DNA of 64,000 bases, taken from the NCBI GenBank assembly GCA_023264635.1, contig JAHFLT010000002.1, positions 19,139 through 83,138 of the forward strand. Reading direction: 5' to 3'. Positions 55,274 through 64,000 of this stretch are shown here, in pieces. The stretch comes from Candidatus Woesearchaeota archaeon. GTDB lineage: Archaea > Nanobdellota > Nanobdellia > Woesearchaeales > JAGVYF01. The translations under genes were made by a program, and so were the position numbers. Position 1 is the first letter of the stretch, and every line of letters begins with the position of its first letter. The notes below the pieces were generated by a model. The model ran no database searches. It was not told where the DNA came from and saw nothing but the letters and a program-made list of their open reading frames with translations.

Positions 55274-56061
55274 TTGAGCGAAAGTTCGTCCAGCAAAATA
55301 TGAAAGAATTCCAGATTCAGGAGTATGTAGAAAAGAATCTGAGCAAGGTAGGCCATTCACAGACCAAGTTAAAGAAGACTCCTTTGGGAGAGAAGATAAT
55401 CATCACAGCATTCAGACCAGGATTAATTGTTGGTAAGGGTGGAGCTGCCATCAAGAAGCTCACGAAGGTATTGAAGGTGCAATTTGGCTTGGAGAATCCA
55501 CAAGTAGAGATAGAAGAAGTGAATAATCCTAATCTTGATGTGAAAATTGTTGCAGAGCGCATCGCTAACTCATTGGAAAGATTTGGCTCAAACAGATTTA
55601 AGGGAGTGATGCACAAAACCCTGGCAGAAGTAATGAGTGCTGGTGCGCTTGGTGTTGAAATTCTTTTAGCAGGCAAGATTCCCGGGGCGCGCGCTAAGTC
55701 ATGGCGAGTGTATGATGGCTACCTGAAGAAATGCGGGGATGTAGCTATTGTTGGTGTAAAAACAGCTAAGACAGAAGCACGCTTAAAATCAGGTATTATT
55801 GGTATACAAGTACGTATCATGCCACCAGATGTTTTCCTCCCGGATAGCATCACTATCAAAGAAGAAGCTCCTCCTCTTGAGCAAGCAAAACCTGAGCAAC
55901 TAAAATTAGGGAAGAATGTAGGAGAGAAAAAGAGTGAAGAGAAGAAAGAGGATAAACCAAAAAGAGCCAGAAAACCTAGGGTTAAGCAGGAAAAACCACC
56001 AGAAGAACAAAAAGAAGAACAGAGTAAGGAACAAAAAGAAAAACCGAGTGAGGGTGTATGA
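55270..56061 (+). CDS. rps3: Ribosomal protein uS3 (KH domain) with K/E-rich C-terminal extension. The start is taken at the ATGA overlap with the uL22 stop
   Basis: 'IITAFRPGLIVGKGGAAIKKLT' KH motif. The computed ORF starts earlier at 55153, inside uL22. Confidence 0.85.
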   Translation: MIERKFVQQNMKEFQIQEYVEKNLSKVGHSQTKLKKTPLGEKIIITAFRPGLIVGKGGAAIKKLTKVLKVQFGLENPQVEIEEVNNPNLDVKIVAERIANSLERFGSNRFKGVMHKTLAEVMSAGALGVEILLAGKIPGARAKSWRVYDGYLKKCGDVAIVGVKTAKTEARLKSGIIGIQVRIMPPDVFLPDSITIKEEAPPLEQAKPEQLKLGKNVGEKKSEEKKEDKPKRARKPRVKQEKPPEEQKEEQSKEQKEKPSEGV

Positions 56062-56282
56062 AACTCAGAAAAAAGGAATACAAAAACATGAAAACAGAAG
56101 AGCTTGAGGCAAAGCTGCTCGAGGCAAGGAAGGAACTTATGAAGGAAAATGCCCAGGTTGCCCGCGGCACAACACCGAAAAGCCCAGGAGCATTGCGGCT
56201 GCTCAAGAAAAGTATCGCACGCATTCACACTCTCATAGGAGAAAAGCAAAGAGCCCGCTCTTTGCCCCAAAAAAAAGAGTAA
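56058..56282 (+). CDS. rpl29: Ribosomal protein uL29
   Basis: 'MKTEELEAKLLEARKELMKENAQVARG'. Confidence 0.8.
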   Translation: MKLRKKEYKNMKTEELEAKLLEARKELMKENAQVARGTTPKSPGALRLLKKSIARIHTLIGEKQRARSLPQKKE

Positions 56283-56291
56283 AGGAGGAAC

Positions 56292-56600
56292 ATGCCAGAA
56301 GTTTGCACACAATGTGGCCTACCCAAGGAGCTTTGTGCTTGTGAGACTATAGCAAAAGAAAGGCAAGTCATTGCAGTGACGAGTGCCAAAAAGAAATTTG
56401 GCAAGATCTGCACCGTAGTAGAAGGCATTAACGAAAAAGAGATAAACATCAAGGAGGTCCTTAAAAACCTCAAAAACAGCCTCGCATGCGGTGGCACGGT
56501 CAAAGAGGGCGTCATCGAACTGCAGGGTGATCACAAGCAAAAAGTGAAAAAGCTTTTAATAGAAATGGGGTTTGCCCCAGAAAGCATAGAAGTGAAATAA
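56292..56600 (+). CDS. Translation initiation factor aSUI1 (eIF1 family)
   Basis: N-terminal 'CTQCGLPKELCAC'; SUI1 core 'ACGGTVKEGVIELQGDHKQKVKKLLIEMGF'. Confidence 0.8.
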   Translation: MPEVCTQCGLPKELCACETIAKERQVIAVTSAKKKFGKICTVVEGINEKEINIKEVLKNLKNSLACGGTVKEGVIELQGDHKQKVKKLLIEMGFAPESIEVK

Positions 56601-56604
56601 GCAC

Positions 56605-56847
56605 ATGAGCATCCTTGGTTATGAGCTCATCGGAGAAACCGCTACGCTCGTGAAAGCAAAGAACAAGCTGCAGGTCGGAATGACCGGCATCGTGGTGGAT
56701 GAGACCAAACATACTATCCTCCTTGAGGTGGATGGAAAGAAAAAAAGAGTGATCAAAAAGGATATCACGCTGCACATCGGCAAGTATATCATAGACGGGA
56801 AACTTCTCGTCGGAAGGTCAGAAGAAAGAATCAAGGTGAATAAATGA
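56605..56847 (+). CDS. rnp1: RNase P protein component Rpp29 (Pop4/Rnp1)
   Basis: 'ELIGETATLVKAKNKLQVGMTGIVVDETKHTILL'; position between L29/SUI1 and S17. Confidence 0.75.
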   Translation: MSILGYELIGETATLVKAKNKLQVGMTGIVVDETKHTILLEVDGKKKRVIKKDITLHIGKYIIDGKLLVGRSEERIKVNK

Positions 56848-57218
56848 ACTGTGAAGATGAACATTGCCCAACGCACGGCAACCTGAGGATAAAAGGACGC
56901 GTCTTTTTAGGTACTGTTATTGCTGACAAGATGCAGAGGACAGCGACAGTACAATGGGAAAGGCGATTGTATGTTCCAAAATATGAAAGATACATGAAAG
57001 CATGGACACGCGTGAAAGTGCATAATCCCCCTTGCATCAATGCAAAAACTGGTGACTATGTTCGCATCATTGAGTGCAGACCTTTATCCAAGACCAAAAA
57101 TTTTGTGGTAGAAAAAGTCCTGGGCAAGAAAGATATCATGGTTCCAACACACGAACAATTCGAAAAGAAGGAAAAAGAAGATGAAAAAAAAGGTGAGGTA
57201 AATAATGAAGGATCTTAA
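56844..57218 (+). CDS. rps17: Ribosomal protein uS17
   Basis: 'GRVFLGTVIADKMQRTATVQWERR'. Confidence 0.85.
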   Translation: MNCEDEHCPTHGNLRIKGRVFLGTVIADKMQRTATVQWERRLYVPKYERYMKAWTRVKVHNPPCINAKTGDYVRIIECRPLSKTKNFVVEKVLGKKDIMVPTHEQFEKKEKEDEKKGEVNNEGS

Positions 57219-57606
57219 GGCAAGAATTACGAGAAGTCTCCCTTTGGGGGCGCATGTTGAAACCTGTGATAATAGTGGAGCGAAAGTAATTAAGATATTT
57301 TCCGTAATCGGGCACAAAACCGTCAAAGGCAGGCTTCAAGCAGCAGGAATTGGGGATATGGTCGTTGCTTCAGTAAAGAAAGGAAAACCTGACATGAGAA
57401 AACAGGTTGTCTATGCTGTTATTGTCAGACAAAAGAAGGAATTTAGGAGACCTGATGGGATGCGGGTTTCTTTTGAAGATAATGCAGCAGTTGTGTTGAA
57501 AGATGAAAAAGGGAATCCTAAGGGAACTCTTATAAAAGGCCCATTAGCAAAAGAAGTTTCAATCAGATGGCCTCAGGTAGCAAAGATTGCGAGGTTGATT
57601 GTATAA
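57205..57606 (+). CDS. rpl14: Ribosomal protein uL14
   Basis: 'CDNSGAKVIKIFSVIG', 'FEDNAAVVL'. Confidence 0.9.
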   Translation: MKDLKARITRSLPLGAHVETCDNSGAKVIKIFSVIGHKTVKGRLQAAGIGDMVVASVKKGKPDMRKQVVYAVIVRQKKEFRRPDGMRVSFEDNAAVVLKDEKGNPKGTLIKGPLAKEVSIRWPQVAKIARLIV

Positions 57607-57631
57607 AAAAAGTATATGAAAATAAAAAAAG

Positions 57632-58042
57632 ATGCAATATATAATGAATAATAAGAAAATGAAAACAACGCCAAAGACATGGAACAGGAGTGTACAGCCA
57701 CGCAAGCAGCGCAAATGGTTGGCTCAGCTACCGCTCCATCTGCGTAATCGTATTATGTCTTCTCTACTGACCAAGGAATTGCGCAAAAAACTGCAAAGAC
57801 GAAACGTGGCAGTGAGAAAAGGTGACAAGGTAAAAGTGCTACGAGGTCAGGACAAAGGAAAAATCGGTTCTGTGCTGCGGGTGGACACAAAAAAGCACAG
57901 GTTGTTTGTGGAAGGGCTTGAATTAGAAAGGAGAAATGGCATGAAGGTGCAGTACAGTATTCACCCTTCAAAAGTTATGATCACTGAATTACATGAAGAC
58001 AAGAAACGATTCAAGCGCAGAGGATATGAGGAGAAAAGATAA
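57632..58042 (+). CDS. rpl24: Ribosomal protein uL24 (KOW). The true start may be the Met at ~57659
   Basis: 'QPRKQRKW', KOW 'VRKGDKVKVLRGQDKGKIGSV'. Confidence 0.85.
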   Translation: MQYIMNNKKMKTTPKTWNRSVQPRKQRKWLAQLPLHLRNRIMSSLLTKELRKKLQRRNVAVRKGDKVKVLRGQDKGKIGSVLRVDTKKHRLFVEGLELERRNGMKVQYSIHPSKVMITELHEDKKRFKRRGYEEKR

Positions 58043-58051
58043 GAGGAGAAA

Positions 58052-58744
58052 ATGGCACACTCACTGACAATCAAAAGATTGGCTGCACCCATGACATGGA
58101 AGATGAAGCGCAAGGGTATCACCTTTGTCACAAGGCCGTTGCCTGGTGCACACCCATACAAGCTAGGTGTATCACTTTCATTCCTCCTTCGTGATGTGCT
58201 CAATGTGGCTGAGACAGCAAGAGAAGCAAGATATATCATCAACAACAAGGAGATTCTTATCAATTGCTCAAAGCAGAAAGAACATAAATTTCTGGTTGGA
58301 TTTTTGGATTCAATATCATTTACTCCCCTAAATCAGCATTACCGTGTTGTGTTATCGACAAAAGGTACATTGGCTGCTATCAGCATTGACGCTGATGAAG
58401 CAAAGAAAAAACTGGCAAAGATTATTGGAAAGCAGGCAATCAACACTGGCCATCTCCAATTGAATCTCAGCGATGGGCGTAATATTTTGGTAGAAAAAGA
58501 CACATACAAATGTGGAGACTCATTGCTTCTCGAGGTTCCGGAACAAAAAATAATCAGCCATTTCAGACTTGAAAAAGGAGTTCCTGTCATGTTGACTGAT
58601 GGAAAGCACCGTGGCAAGCTTGGCATTGTTGAAGAAATTATCAAAGATATCATTGTTTTCAGAGTGGACAAAGAACTGTATCGTACAAAGAGAGAATATG
58701 CATTTGTGCTTGGCAAGGAAACACCGGCACTGAAGATAGTATAG
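58052..58744 (+). CDS. rps4e: Ribosomal protein eS4
   Basis: 'LKRLAAPMTWKMKRKGITFVTRPLPGAHP'. Confidence 0.9.
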   Translation: MAHSLTIKRLAAPMTWKMKRKGITFVTRPLPGAHPYKLGVSLSFLLRDVLNVAETAREARYIINNKEILINCSKQKEHKFLVGFLDSISFTPLNQHYRVVLSTKGTLAAISIDADEAKKKLAKIIGKQAINTGHLQLNLSDGRNILVEKDTYKCGDSLLLEVPEQKIISHFRLEKGVPVMLTDGKHRGKLGIVEEIIKDIIVFRVDKELYRTKREYAFVLGKETPALKIV

Positions 58745-58755
58745 TGTGACAAAAG

Positions 58756-59274
58756 ATGAACATCATGCGTACAATCAGGATGGAGAAAATCACGCTGAAT
58801 TTCGGCGCTGGAAAAGAGAACACTAAACTTGAGAAGGGTGTGAAGCTACTGAAAAAACTCACTGGTATTGACCCAGTCAAGACAGTAACGATGAAAAGAA
58901 TCCCTACATGGGGATTGAGACCGGGGTTGCCTATTGGGTGCAGACTCACACTTCGCAGAACCCATGCACATGAGCTGCTGAACCGGCTTGTTACTGCACG
59001 TGAGCACAAGCTGGATGCGAGACAGTTTGACAATAACGGCAATGTCTCTTTTGGAGTGCCTGAGTATATCGAAGTGCCGGGAATGAAGTACGATCCTGAG
59101 CTGGGAATTCTCGGTTTCGAAGTCTGTGTCACGCTGGAAAGACCGGGTTTCAGGATAAAGAAGCGACGTATCAGGACACAACGAGTACCACATCGGCATC
59201 GCATCACTAAGGAAGAGGCCATGACCTTTATGGCAAAGGCATACAATGTCAATGTTATCAAAGAAGAGGCATAA
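58756..59274 (+). CDS. rpl5: Ribosomal protein uL5
   Basis: '[13 protein letters not shown]', '[25 protein letters not shown]'. Confidence 0.9.
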   Translation: MNIMRTIRMEKITLNFGAGKENTKLEKGVKLLKKLTGIDPVKTVTMKRIPTWGLRPGLPIGCRLTLRRTHAHELLNRLVTAREHKLDARQFDNNGNVSFGVPEYIEVPGMKYDPELGILGFEVCVTLERPGFRIKKRRIRTQRVPHRHRITKEEAMTFMAKAYNVNVIKEEA

Positions 59275-59276
59275 GA

Positions 59277-59507
59277 ATGACGTATAGCGATTATAAAAAA
59301 GTTTTTAAACAGCTACGCACGAAGCAGCTGAAACTTGCCAAATTTATGAAGTACAACGCACCGAAGGAGCGGAGTTGCGGTGCAGCAAAAAAAAGATGCG
59401 GGAGATGCGGGAGAATAGGCGCGCACGTTGGGAAGTACGGGCTTGATTACTGTCGCCAGTGCTTTCGCGAAGTTGCTCCATTGATAGGATTCAAGAAATA
59501 TAATTAG
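59277..59507 (+). CDS. rps14: Ribosomal protein uS14 (Zn-ribbon type). The start may be the internal Met at ~59346
   Basis: '[25 protein letters not shown]'. Confidence 0.8.
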   Translation: MTYSDYKKVFKQLRTKQLKLAKFMKYNAPKERSCGAAKKRCGRCGRIGAHVGKYGLDYCRQCFREVAPLIGFKKYN

Positions 59508-59515
59508 GTGTAACT

Positions 59516-59908
59516 ATGACAATGAATGACCCACTTGCATCTGCCTTGTCAAAGATAGGCAATGCAGAAAAGATTGGAAAGAAGATAATCACCATTAAGC
59601 CGGTATCGAGAGTCATTAAAAATATACTGACTATGATGCAGGAAAATCATTATGTTGGTGAATACAAGGAGATTGAAGATGGAAAAGGTAATTTCCTTGA
59701 GCTCTCACTTGTAGGAAAAATAAACAAATGCGGCTCTATCAAGCCACGCTATCCTGTCAAAAAGGATATGATAGAGAAGTTTGAAAAAAGATACTTGCCA
59801 TCAAAGGATTTTGGCATCATTGTTGTCTCAACCCCAAAAGGGATGATGACTCATAAAGAAATGAAAAAGAATGGTCTTGGCGGCAAACTTGTCGCATACT
59901 GTTACTAA
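59516..59908 (+). CDS. rps8: Ribosomal protein uS8
   Basis: 'DPLASALSKIGNAEKIGKK', 'IIVVSTPKGMMTHKEMKKNGLGGKLVAY'. Confidence 0.9.
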   Translation: MTMNDPLASALSKIGNAEKIGKKIITIKPVSRVIKNILTMMQENHYVGEYKEIEDGKGNFLELSLVGKINKCGSIKPRYPVKKDMIEKFEKRYLPSKDFGIIVVSTPKGMMTHKEMKKNGLGGKLVAYCY

Positions 59909-59933
59909 AATAACTAAAACGATTGACACTAAA

Positions 59934-60488
59934 ATGAAACTGGCAGAATTGAAATATGAAGTACAAATCCCAGAGGGGATAAACGTAGATATAGCGCAAG
60001 ATATGATGCTGACGATGACGATGAAGGGGAAAAAGGGTGAAGTCAGACGCTCGTTCAGATCAATCGGTATAACCATCAGCAAAGAAGATAACACAGTTGT
60101 GTTCAGCGCAAAAAAGGCCACTAAAAAAGTGAAGAGGTTACTCGGCTCATTCCGAGCGCATGTAAAGAATATGATAAAGGGTATTGCTCATGGCCATACG
60201 TACAAGCTCAAGATATGTTCTGGGCATTTTCCAATGACAGTCACTCTCAAAGGTGTGGAGTTCTCAATCAAGAACTTCCTCGGTGAAAAAGTTCCCAGGA
60301 TAACGCAATTGCTAGAGGGAGTTGCAGTCAAAATTGAAGGAAATGACGTTACTGTCGAGAGCCCAGACCTGGAGAAAGCAGGGATTGTCGCATCGCGCAT
60401 TGAATTGCTTACATTCATCTCAAAAAGAGACCGGCGTATTTTTCAGGATGGAATTTATATCGTTCAGAAGCCGGGGGTACACGCATGA
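59934..60488 (+). CDS. rpl6: Ribosomal protein uL6 (start taken at 'MKLAELKYEV')
   Basis: Two uL6 repeats; 'VTLKGVEFSIKN'. Confidence 0.85.
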   Translation: MKLAELKYEVQIPEGINVDIAQDMMLTMTMKGKKGEVRRSFRSIGITISKEDNTVVFSAKKATKKVKRLLGSFRAHVKNMIKGIAHGHTYKLKICSGHFPMTVTLKGVEFSIKNFLGEKVPRITQLLEGVAVKIEGNDVTVESPDLEKAGIVASRIELLTFISKRDRRIFQDGIYIVQKPGVHA

Positions 60489-61078
60489 GTGACAAGAAAA
60501 CGCTTCTTGCAGTAAGAAAAACACTGAAAGCAAAGAAGCCGAATTTCCTGAGAGAGGATTATGATAAAAAAAGCCTTGGCCATAAATGGCGCAAGCCAAC
60601 AGGGAGACATTCAAAAATCAAGCATCAGTTTAAAGGGAGTAGAAAAATGCCTGCTTGTGGCTACCGTTCTCCTGTTTTGGTCAGAGGATTTACGAGAGAT
60701 GGATACGTACCGATTATTGTGCATACAATGAAAGATATCGAAGGAGTTCGTGCGCATCACACTGTTGTTATCGGAAGCACCGTTGGCAACAGAAAGCGTG
60801 CACAGCTGCTAAAAAATATAATTGAAAAGAAACTGCACTTCTCTACCAATATCTCTACAAAGAAAGATGCTGTTACCATTCTGAAAGCTATTGAGGATAA
60901 CTGGTCTGCAAAGAAGGTAAAGCATGAACAGCACGAGAAGGCTGTACCAGTGCCAAAGGTGACTCCAAAAGAAGACAATCTCAAAGAGAAGGACACTGTT
61001 AAGGAAGAGACAAAAGAGACTATAGTAAGTGAGGGTATCGTAAGTAAAGAGACAAGAAAAACAGGTGGCAACATATGA
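60485..61078 (+). CDS. rpl32e: Ribosomal protein eL32 with C-terminal extension
   Basis: 'KKPNFLREDYDKKSLGHKWRKPTGRHSKIKHQFKGS', 'GYRSPVLVRG'. Confidence 0.85.
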   Translation: MSDKKTLLAVRKTLKAKKPNFLREDYDKKSLGHKWRKPTGRHSKIKHQFKGSRKMPACGYRSPVLVRGFTRDGYVPIIVHTMKDIEGVRAHHTVVIGSTVGNRKRAQLLKNIIEKKLHFSTNISTKKDAVTILKAIEDNWSAKKVKHEQHEKAVPVPKVTPKEDNLKEKDTVKEETKETIVSEGIVSKETRKTGGNI

Positions 61079-61518
61079 TGCTCCAAAGACGTCTGGCAGG
61101 TGCAGTGATGAAGTGCTCGCCTAAGCGAGTGAGATTTGACCCCAACAAGCTTGCAGAGATAAAAGAGGCAATTACACATCAGGACATCAGGGGGCTTGTT
61201 GGTGCGGGTGTTATTGCAAGGACTCCAAAGAAGGGTATTTCGCGGAGCCGTGCGAAAAAACGTGCGCTTCAGAGGCAGAAGGGAAGACAAAAGAATAGCG
61301 GAAGCAGGAAAGGCACACATAATGCCCGGTTTCCTGCAAAGCGTGAGTGGATAAACAGGATTCGCAAACAGCGGGCATTCATCAGTGAGCTGAAAGAAAA
61401 AGGCATAATCCAGACAACGATGGTCAAAGAATTATACCAAAAGGCAAAAGGCGGCTATTTCAGAAGCAAAGGACATTTGAAGCTATACCTTAATGAACGG
61501 TTGCCCAAACAAAAATAA
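61075..61518 (+). CDS. rpl19e: Ribosomal protein eL19
   Basis: 'LQRRLAGAVMKCSPKRVRFDPNKL'. Confidence 0.9.
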   Translation: MMLQRRLAGAVMKCSPKRVRFDPNKLAEIKEAITHQDIRGLVGAGVIARTPKKGISRSRAKKRALQRQKGRQKNSGSRKGTHNARFPAKREWINRIRKQRAFISELKEKGIIQTTMVKELYQKAKGGYFRSKGHLKLYLNERLPKQK

Positions 61519-61533
61519 AAGAGCAAAGATAAA

Positions 61534-62118
61534 ATGAAAAGCAGATTATCTGTTCCATTTCGGAGAAAGCGTGAAAGGATAACGAATTATCGCAAGAGAT
61601 TAGTTGTCCTCAGAAGTAAGTTTCCACGCACAGTAGTGAGAACATCCCTAAAGAATATAATTATACAACTAACTACATACAATTCGGAAGGGGATAAAGT
61701 CTTGTTACATGCTGACTCAAAAGAATTATCCAAATATGGCTGGCTTGCCAGTGGTGGCAATGTGCCTGCTGCATATCTGACCGGATACTTATTTGGCATG
61801 CGCGCAAAAAAACATGATATGTGTGAGGCTATCCTTGACATAGGATTGCATGTCTCCACAAAAGGGAGTAGGGTTTATGCAGCTCTCCGGGGAATGCTTG
61901 ATGGGGGCATGAATATCCCACACGACAAAGAATGCTTGCCAGACGAAGGACGTGTTTCTGGAAAGCATATTACGGATTATGCTGCTACGCTTCCAAAGGA
62001 ACAATACCAAACTAGATTCAGTGGGTACATTAAAGCAGGGATAGAGCCTGCTTCTCTGGAGAAGTATGTTACCGCAACAAAAAAACATATTGAAGGAGCA
62101 CGCCATGGAAAAGAATGA
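61534..62118 (+). CDS. rpl18: Ribosomal protein uL18
   Basis: 'TNYRKRLVVLRSKFPRTVVRTSLKNIIIQL'. Confidence 0.9.
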   Translation: MKSRLSVPFRRKRERITNYRKRLVVLRSKFPRTVVRTSLKNIIIQLTTYNSEGDKVLLHADSKELSKYGWLASGGNVPAAYLTGYLFGMRAKKHDMCEAILDIGLHVSTKGSRVYAALRGMLDGGMNIPHDKECLPDEGRVSGKHITDYAATLPKEQYQTRFSGYIKAGIEPASLEKYVTATKKHIEGARHGKE

Positions 62119-62899
62119 AACAGAAGAGCTTGTTGTACAGCCTGCAGCAGAACTTATAGCAGTTCCTGTTGCAGAGGAGGAAGTGGTTGTCCATGTCAAA
62201 ACCAGCATCGACAAATGGCAGCCGAAGACCTCTCTTGGGAAAAAGATAAAGATGAGGGACATTACGGATGTAGATGTTATCTTCGATGCGGGCATGAAAA
62301 TCCTTGAAGTGGAGATTGTTGATATGTTATTTCCAGACTTAAAGAATGAGCTCCTCCTGATAGGACAGGCAAAAGGAAAATTCGGCGGCGGCCAGCGTAG
62401 GGTCTTTAGGCAAACACAAAAAAAGACTAATGAAGGCAATAAACCGCACTTCGGCACATTAGCTGCTGTTGGTAATGAAAATGGCTTTATTGGTGTAGGC
62501 TATGGAAAGAGCAAGGAGACAGTTCCGTCTAGAGAAAAAGCAGTGCATAAAGCAAAACTTAATCTTGTCAAGATTCGTAGGGGATGCGGTTCATGGCAAT
62601 GCGTCTGTAAAGAGCCACATTCCATACCCTATAAAGTAAGTGGCAGATGCGGGTCTGTTCGTATTTCCCTTTTACCTGCGCCAAAAGGAACAGGTCTTCG
62701 TATTGACAGGGAAGTTGCAAAAATATTACGCTTGGCTGGCATCCGCGATATATGGTCAGAGACCACTGGCCAGACAAGAACCAAAATAAATCTTATAGCA
62801 GCAACAATGAAGGCGCTCATGTCTGCACTACAGACGAAAGTTAAACCAGATGAAATGGAATTTCTCGGCGTCATGGATGGCAAGGTGAAAGCACAATGA
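62105..62899 (+). CDS. rps5: Ribosomal protein uS5 (start taken at 'MEKNETEEL')
   Basis: 'FGGGQRRVFRQTQKKT', 'AAVGNENGFIGVGYGKSKE'. Confidence 0.9.
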   Translation: MEKNETEELVVQPAAELIAVPVAEEEVVVHVKTSIDKWQPKTSLGKKIKMRDITDVDVIFDAGMKILEVEIVDMLFPDLKNELLLIGQAKGKFGGGQRRVFRQTQKKTNEGNKPHFGTLAAVGNENGFIGVGYGKSKETVPSREKAVHKAKLNLVKIRRGCGSWQCVCKEPHSIPYKVSGRCGSVRISLLPAPKGTGLRIDREVAKILRLAGIRDIWSETTGQTRTKINLIAATMKALMSALQTKVKPDEMEFLGVMDGKVKAQ

Positions 62900-63327
62900 G
62901 TCAGTTGGCTGCCATTAGGGTGCGAGGAGTGAATCGCATAAGCCACACAATGGAACGCACATTGCAGCAGCTCCACCTCTATCGCAAGAACTTTTGTGTA
63001 GTTGTACCTGATACGCTATCATTCCGGGGGATGCTCGCAAAAGTGAAAGATTATATTACCTACGGCCTTATAGATGATAGCACGCATAAAGCGCTCATCG
63101 AGAAGAAGGGAGAGAAATACAATGGGTTGGAAGAAGACAAGAAAGGAAAAATAACATACGATACCAGATATATAGAAATAGATAACAAGAAATATAAACC
63201 GTTCTTCCGCCTGCAACCGCCACGTGGAGGTTTTGAACGAAAGGGGACCAAAAAGGCCTTCGCAGTAGGGGGAGCATTAGGCTTCCGCGGAGAGAATATG
63301 AAGAAGTTACTAGAACGCATGATGTGA
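62896..63327 (+). CDS. rpl30: Ribosomal protein uL30
   Basis: 'LAAIRVRGVNRISHTMERTLQQLHLYRKNFCVVV'. Confidence 0.85.
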   Translation: MSQLAAIRVRGVNRISHTMERTLQQLHLYRKNFCVVVPDTLSFRGMLAKVKDYITYGLIDDSTHKALIEKKGEKYNGLEEDKKGKITYDTRYIEIDNKKYKPFFRLQPPRGGFERKGTKKAFAVGGALGFRGENMKKLLERMM

Positions 63328-63794
63328 TTATTATGGTTGTCAACAAACGAAGTAAAAACTCGAGGCATCGTGGATCAAAAACCCATGGATGGGGCGAAAA
63401 GAAAAAGCACCGTGGCTCTGGACACAGAGGCGGTGTTGGGAATGCAGGATCTGGCAAGAAAGCAGACTGCAAGAAACCTCGCTTCTGGAAAGACCCATAT
63501 TATATGGGTAAATTTGGTTTTGTCAGGCAGAATACAGTATACATTTCAGATATCAATATCCGCACGCTCGAAAGTCGCTTGCAAACCCTTCTGTCACAGC
63601 AATTTGTACAAGAGAATGACGGAGCATATGTAGTTGACTTGCATAAGATGGGGTATGGTAAATTGTTGTCAAAAGGTAACGTTACAAGGAAATGGCAGAT
63701 AACATGTAAGCAGGTGAGCGCCACAGCCAAGAAAAAAGTAGAGGACGCTGGTGGCACAGTAAGAACGCTACAAAAAGAGGTAGTGACAGAATAG
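63324..63794 (+). CDS. rpl15: Ribosomal protein uL15
   Basis: 'RHRGSKTHGWGEKKKHRGSGHRGGVGNAG'. Confidence 0.9.
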   Translation: MIIMVVNKRSKNSRHRGSKTHGWGEKKKHRGSGHRGGVGNAGSGKKADCKKPRFWKDPYYMGKFGFVRQNTVYISDINIRTLESRLQTLLSQQFVQENDGAYVVDLHKMGYGKLLSKGNVTRKWQITCKQVSATAKKKVEDAGGTVRTLQKEVVTE

Positions 63795-63885
63795 GAGTAG
63801 AAGAACGCTCTGCTTAATGATGGATAACCTTCCTAAATTTTTATAACCTAAATATTTATAAAATAGGTGCGCCTTTGTTCAATCC

Positions 63886-64000
63886 ATGATTTCATTCGAC
63901 AAAATTGCGGGGTACTTACCAGAAGTTGCCGGAGCAAAAGGAAGAAGACTCTCATTTAAGGAAAAGGCAACGTGGACTTTGGTCACTTTGGTGTTGTTCT
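63886..64000 (+). CDS. secY: Preprotein translocase SecY (5' fragment; continues past the window end)
   Basis: 'MISFDKIAGYLPEVAGAKGRRLSFKEKATWTLVTLVLF' at the canonical position after uL15. Confidence 0.7.
   Translation, partial: MISFDKIAGYLPEVAGAKGRRLSFKEKATWTLVTLVLF

Noticed and set aside
1-64000. Search for tRNA genes and CRISPR arrays
   Set aside because: No T-arm consensus in a GC-rich cloverleaf context and no regularly spaced direct repeats were found. The 'ttcgaat' hits at ~17034/17056 are coding sequence without complementary stems.

Overview
This window is archaeal and low-GC; it looks like a DPANN-like lineage. The lineage call rests on clearly archaeal genes throughout, including aEF-1beta, aIF5B, Trm1, Hef, PriS and a large r-protein operon.

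The left ~20 kb is an accessory, cell-surface region:
- A giant ORF of at least 4,148 aa is open at the window's 5' edge. It carries two PBS-lyase/HEAT-repeat arrays, an FHA domain and a hydrophobic membrane segment.
- It is followed by a run of secreted or membrane proteins. One is a 901-aa adhesin-like protein with Gly/Thr-rich beta-helix-like repeats, many N-glycosylation sequons and a Cys-rich C-terminus. Its DNA contains near-identical ~120-bp internal repeats.

The middle region mixes housekeeping genes (Trm11-like MTase, parvulin PPIase, Prs, bacterial-type MetK, MetF, FtsZ, Zn-ribbon plus aEF-1beta, Trm1, aIF5B, Lhr helicase, Hef, HtpX) with unusual cargo:
- A 4-nt-overlapping pair encodes an HD-domain hydrolase and a RelA/SpoT synthetase. 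This is a small-alarmone hydrolase/synthetase (SAH/SAS) module resembling toxSAS-antitoxin systems and is rare in archaea.
- An NlpC/P60 peptidase lies next to an FeS-less EndoIII-like glycosylase.
- There is an orphan HerA/FtsK-like ATPase.
- There is an apparent single-polypeptide PriS-PriL(CTD) fused primase.

The right ~12.5 kb is a canonical archaeal r-protein operon (uL3 to uL15, with SUI1 and the RNase P protein Rpp29 embedded), followed by the start of secY.

No tRNA, rRNA or CRISPR array was recognised. All functional calls come from motif-level reading of the translations; no database search was run.
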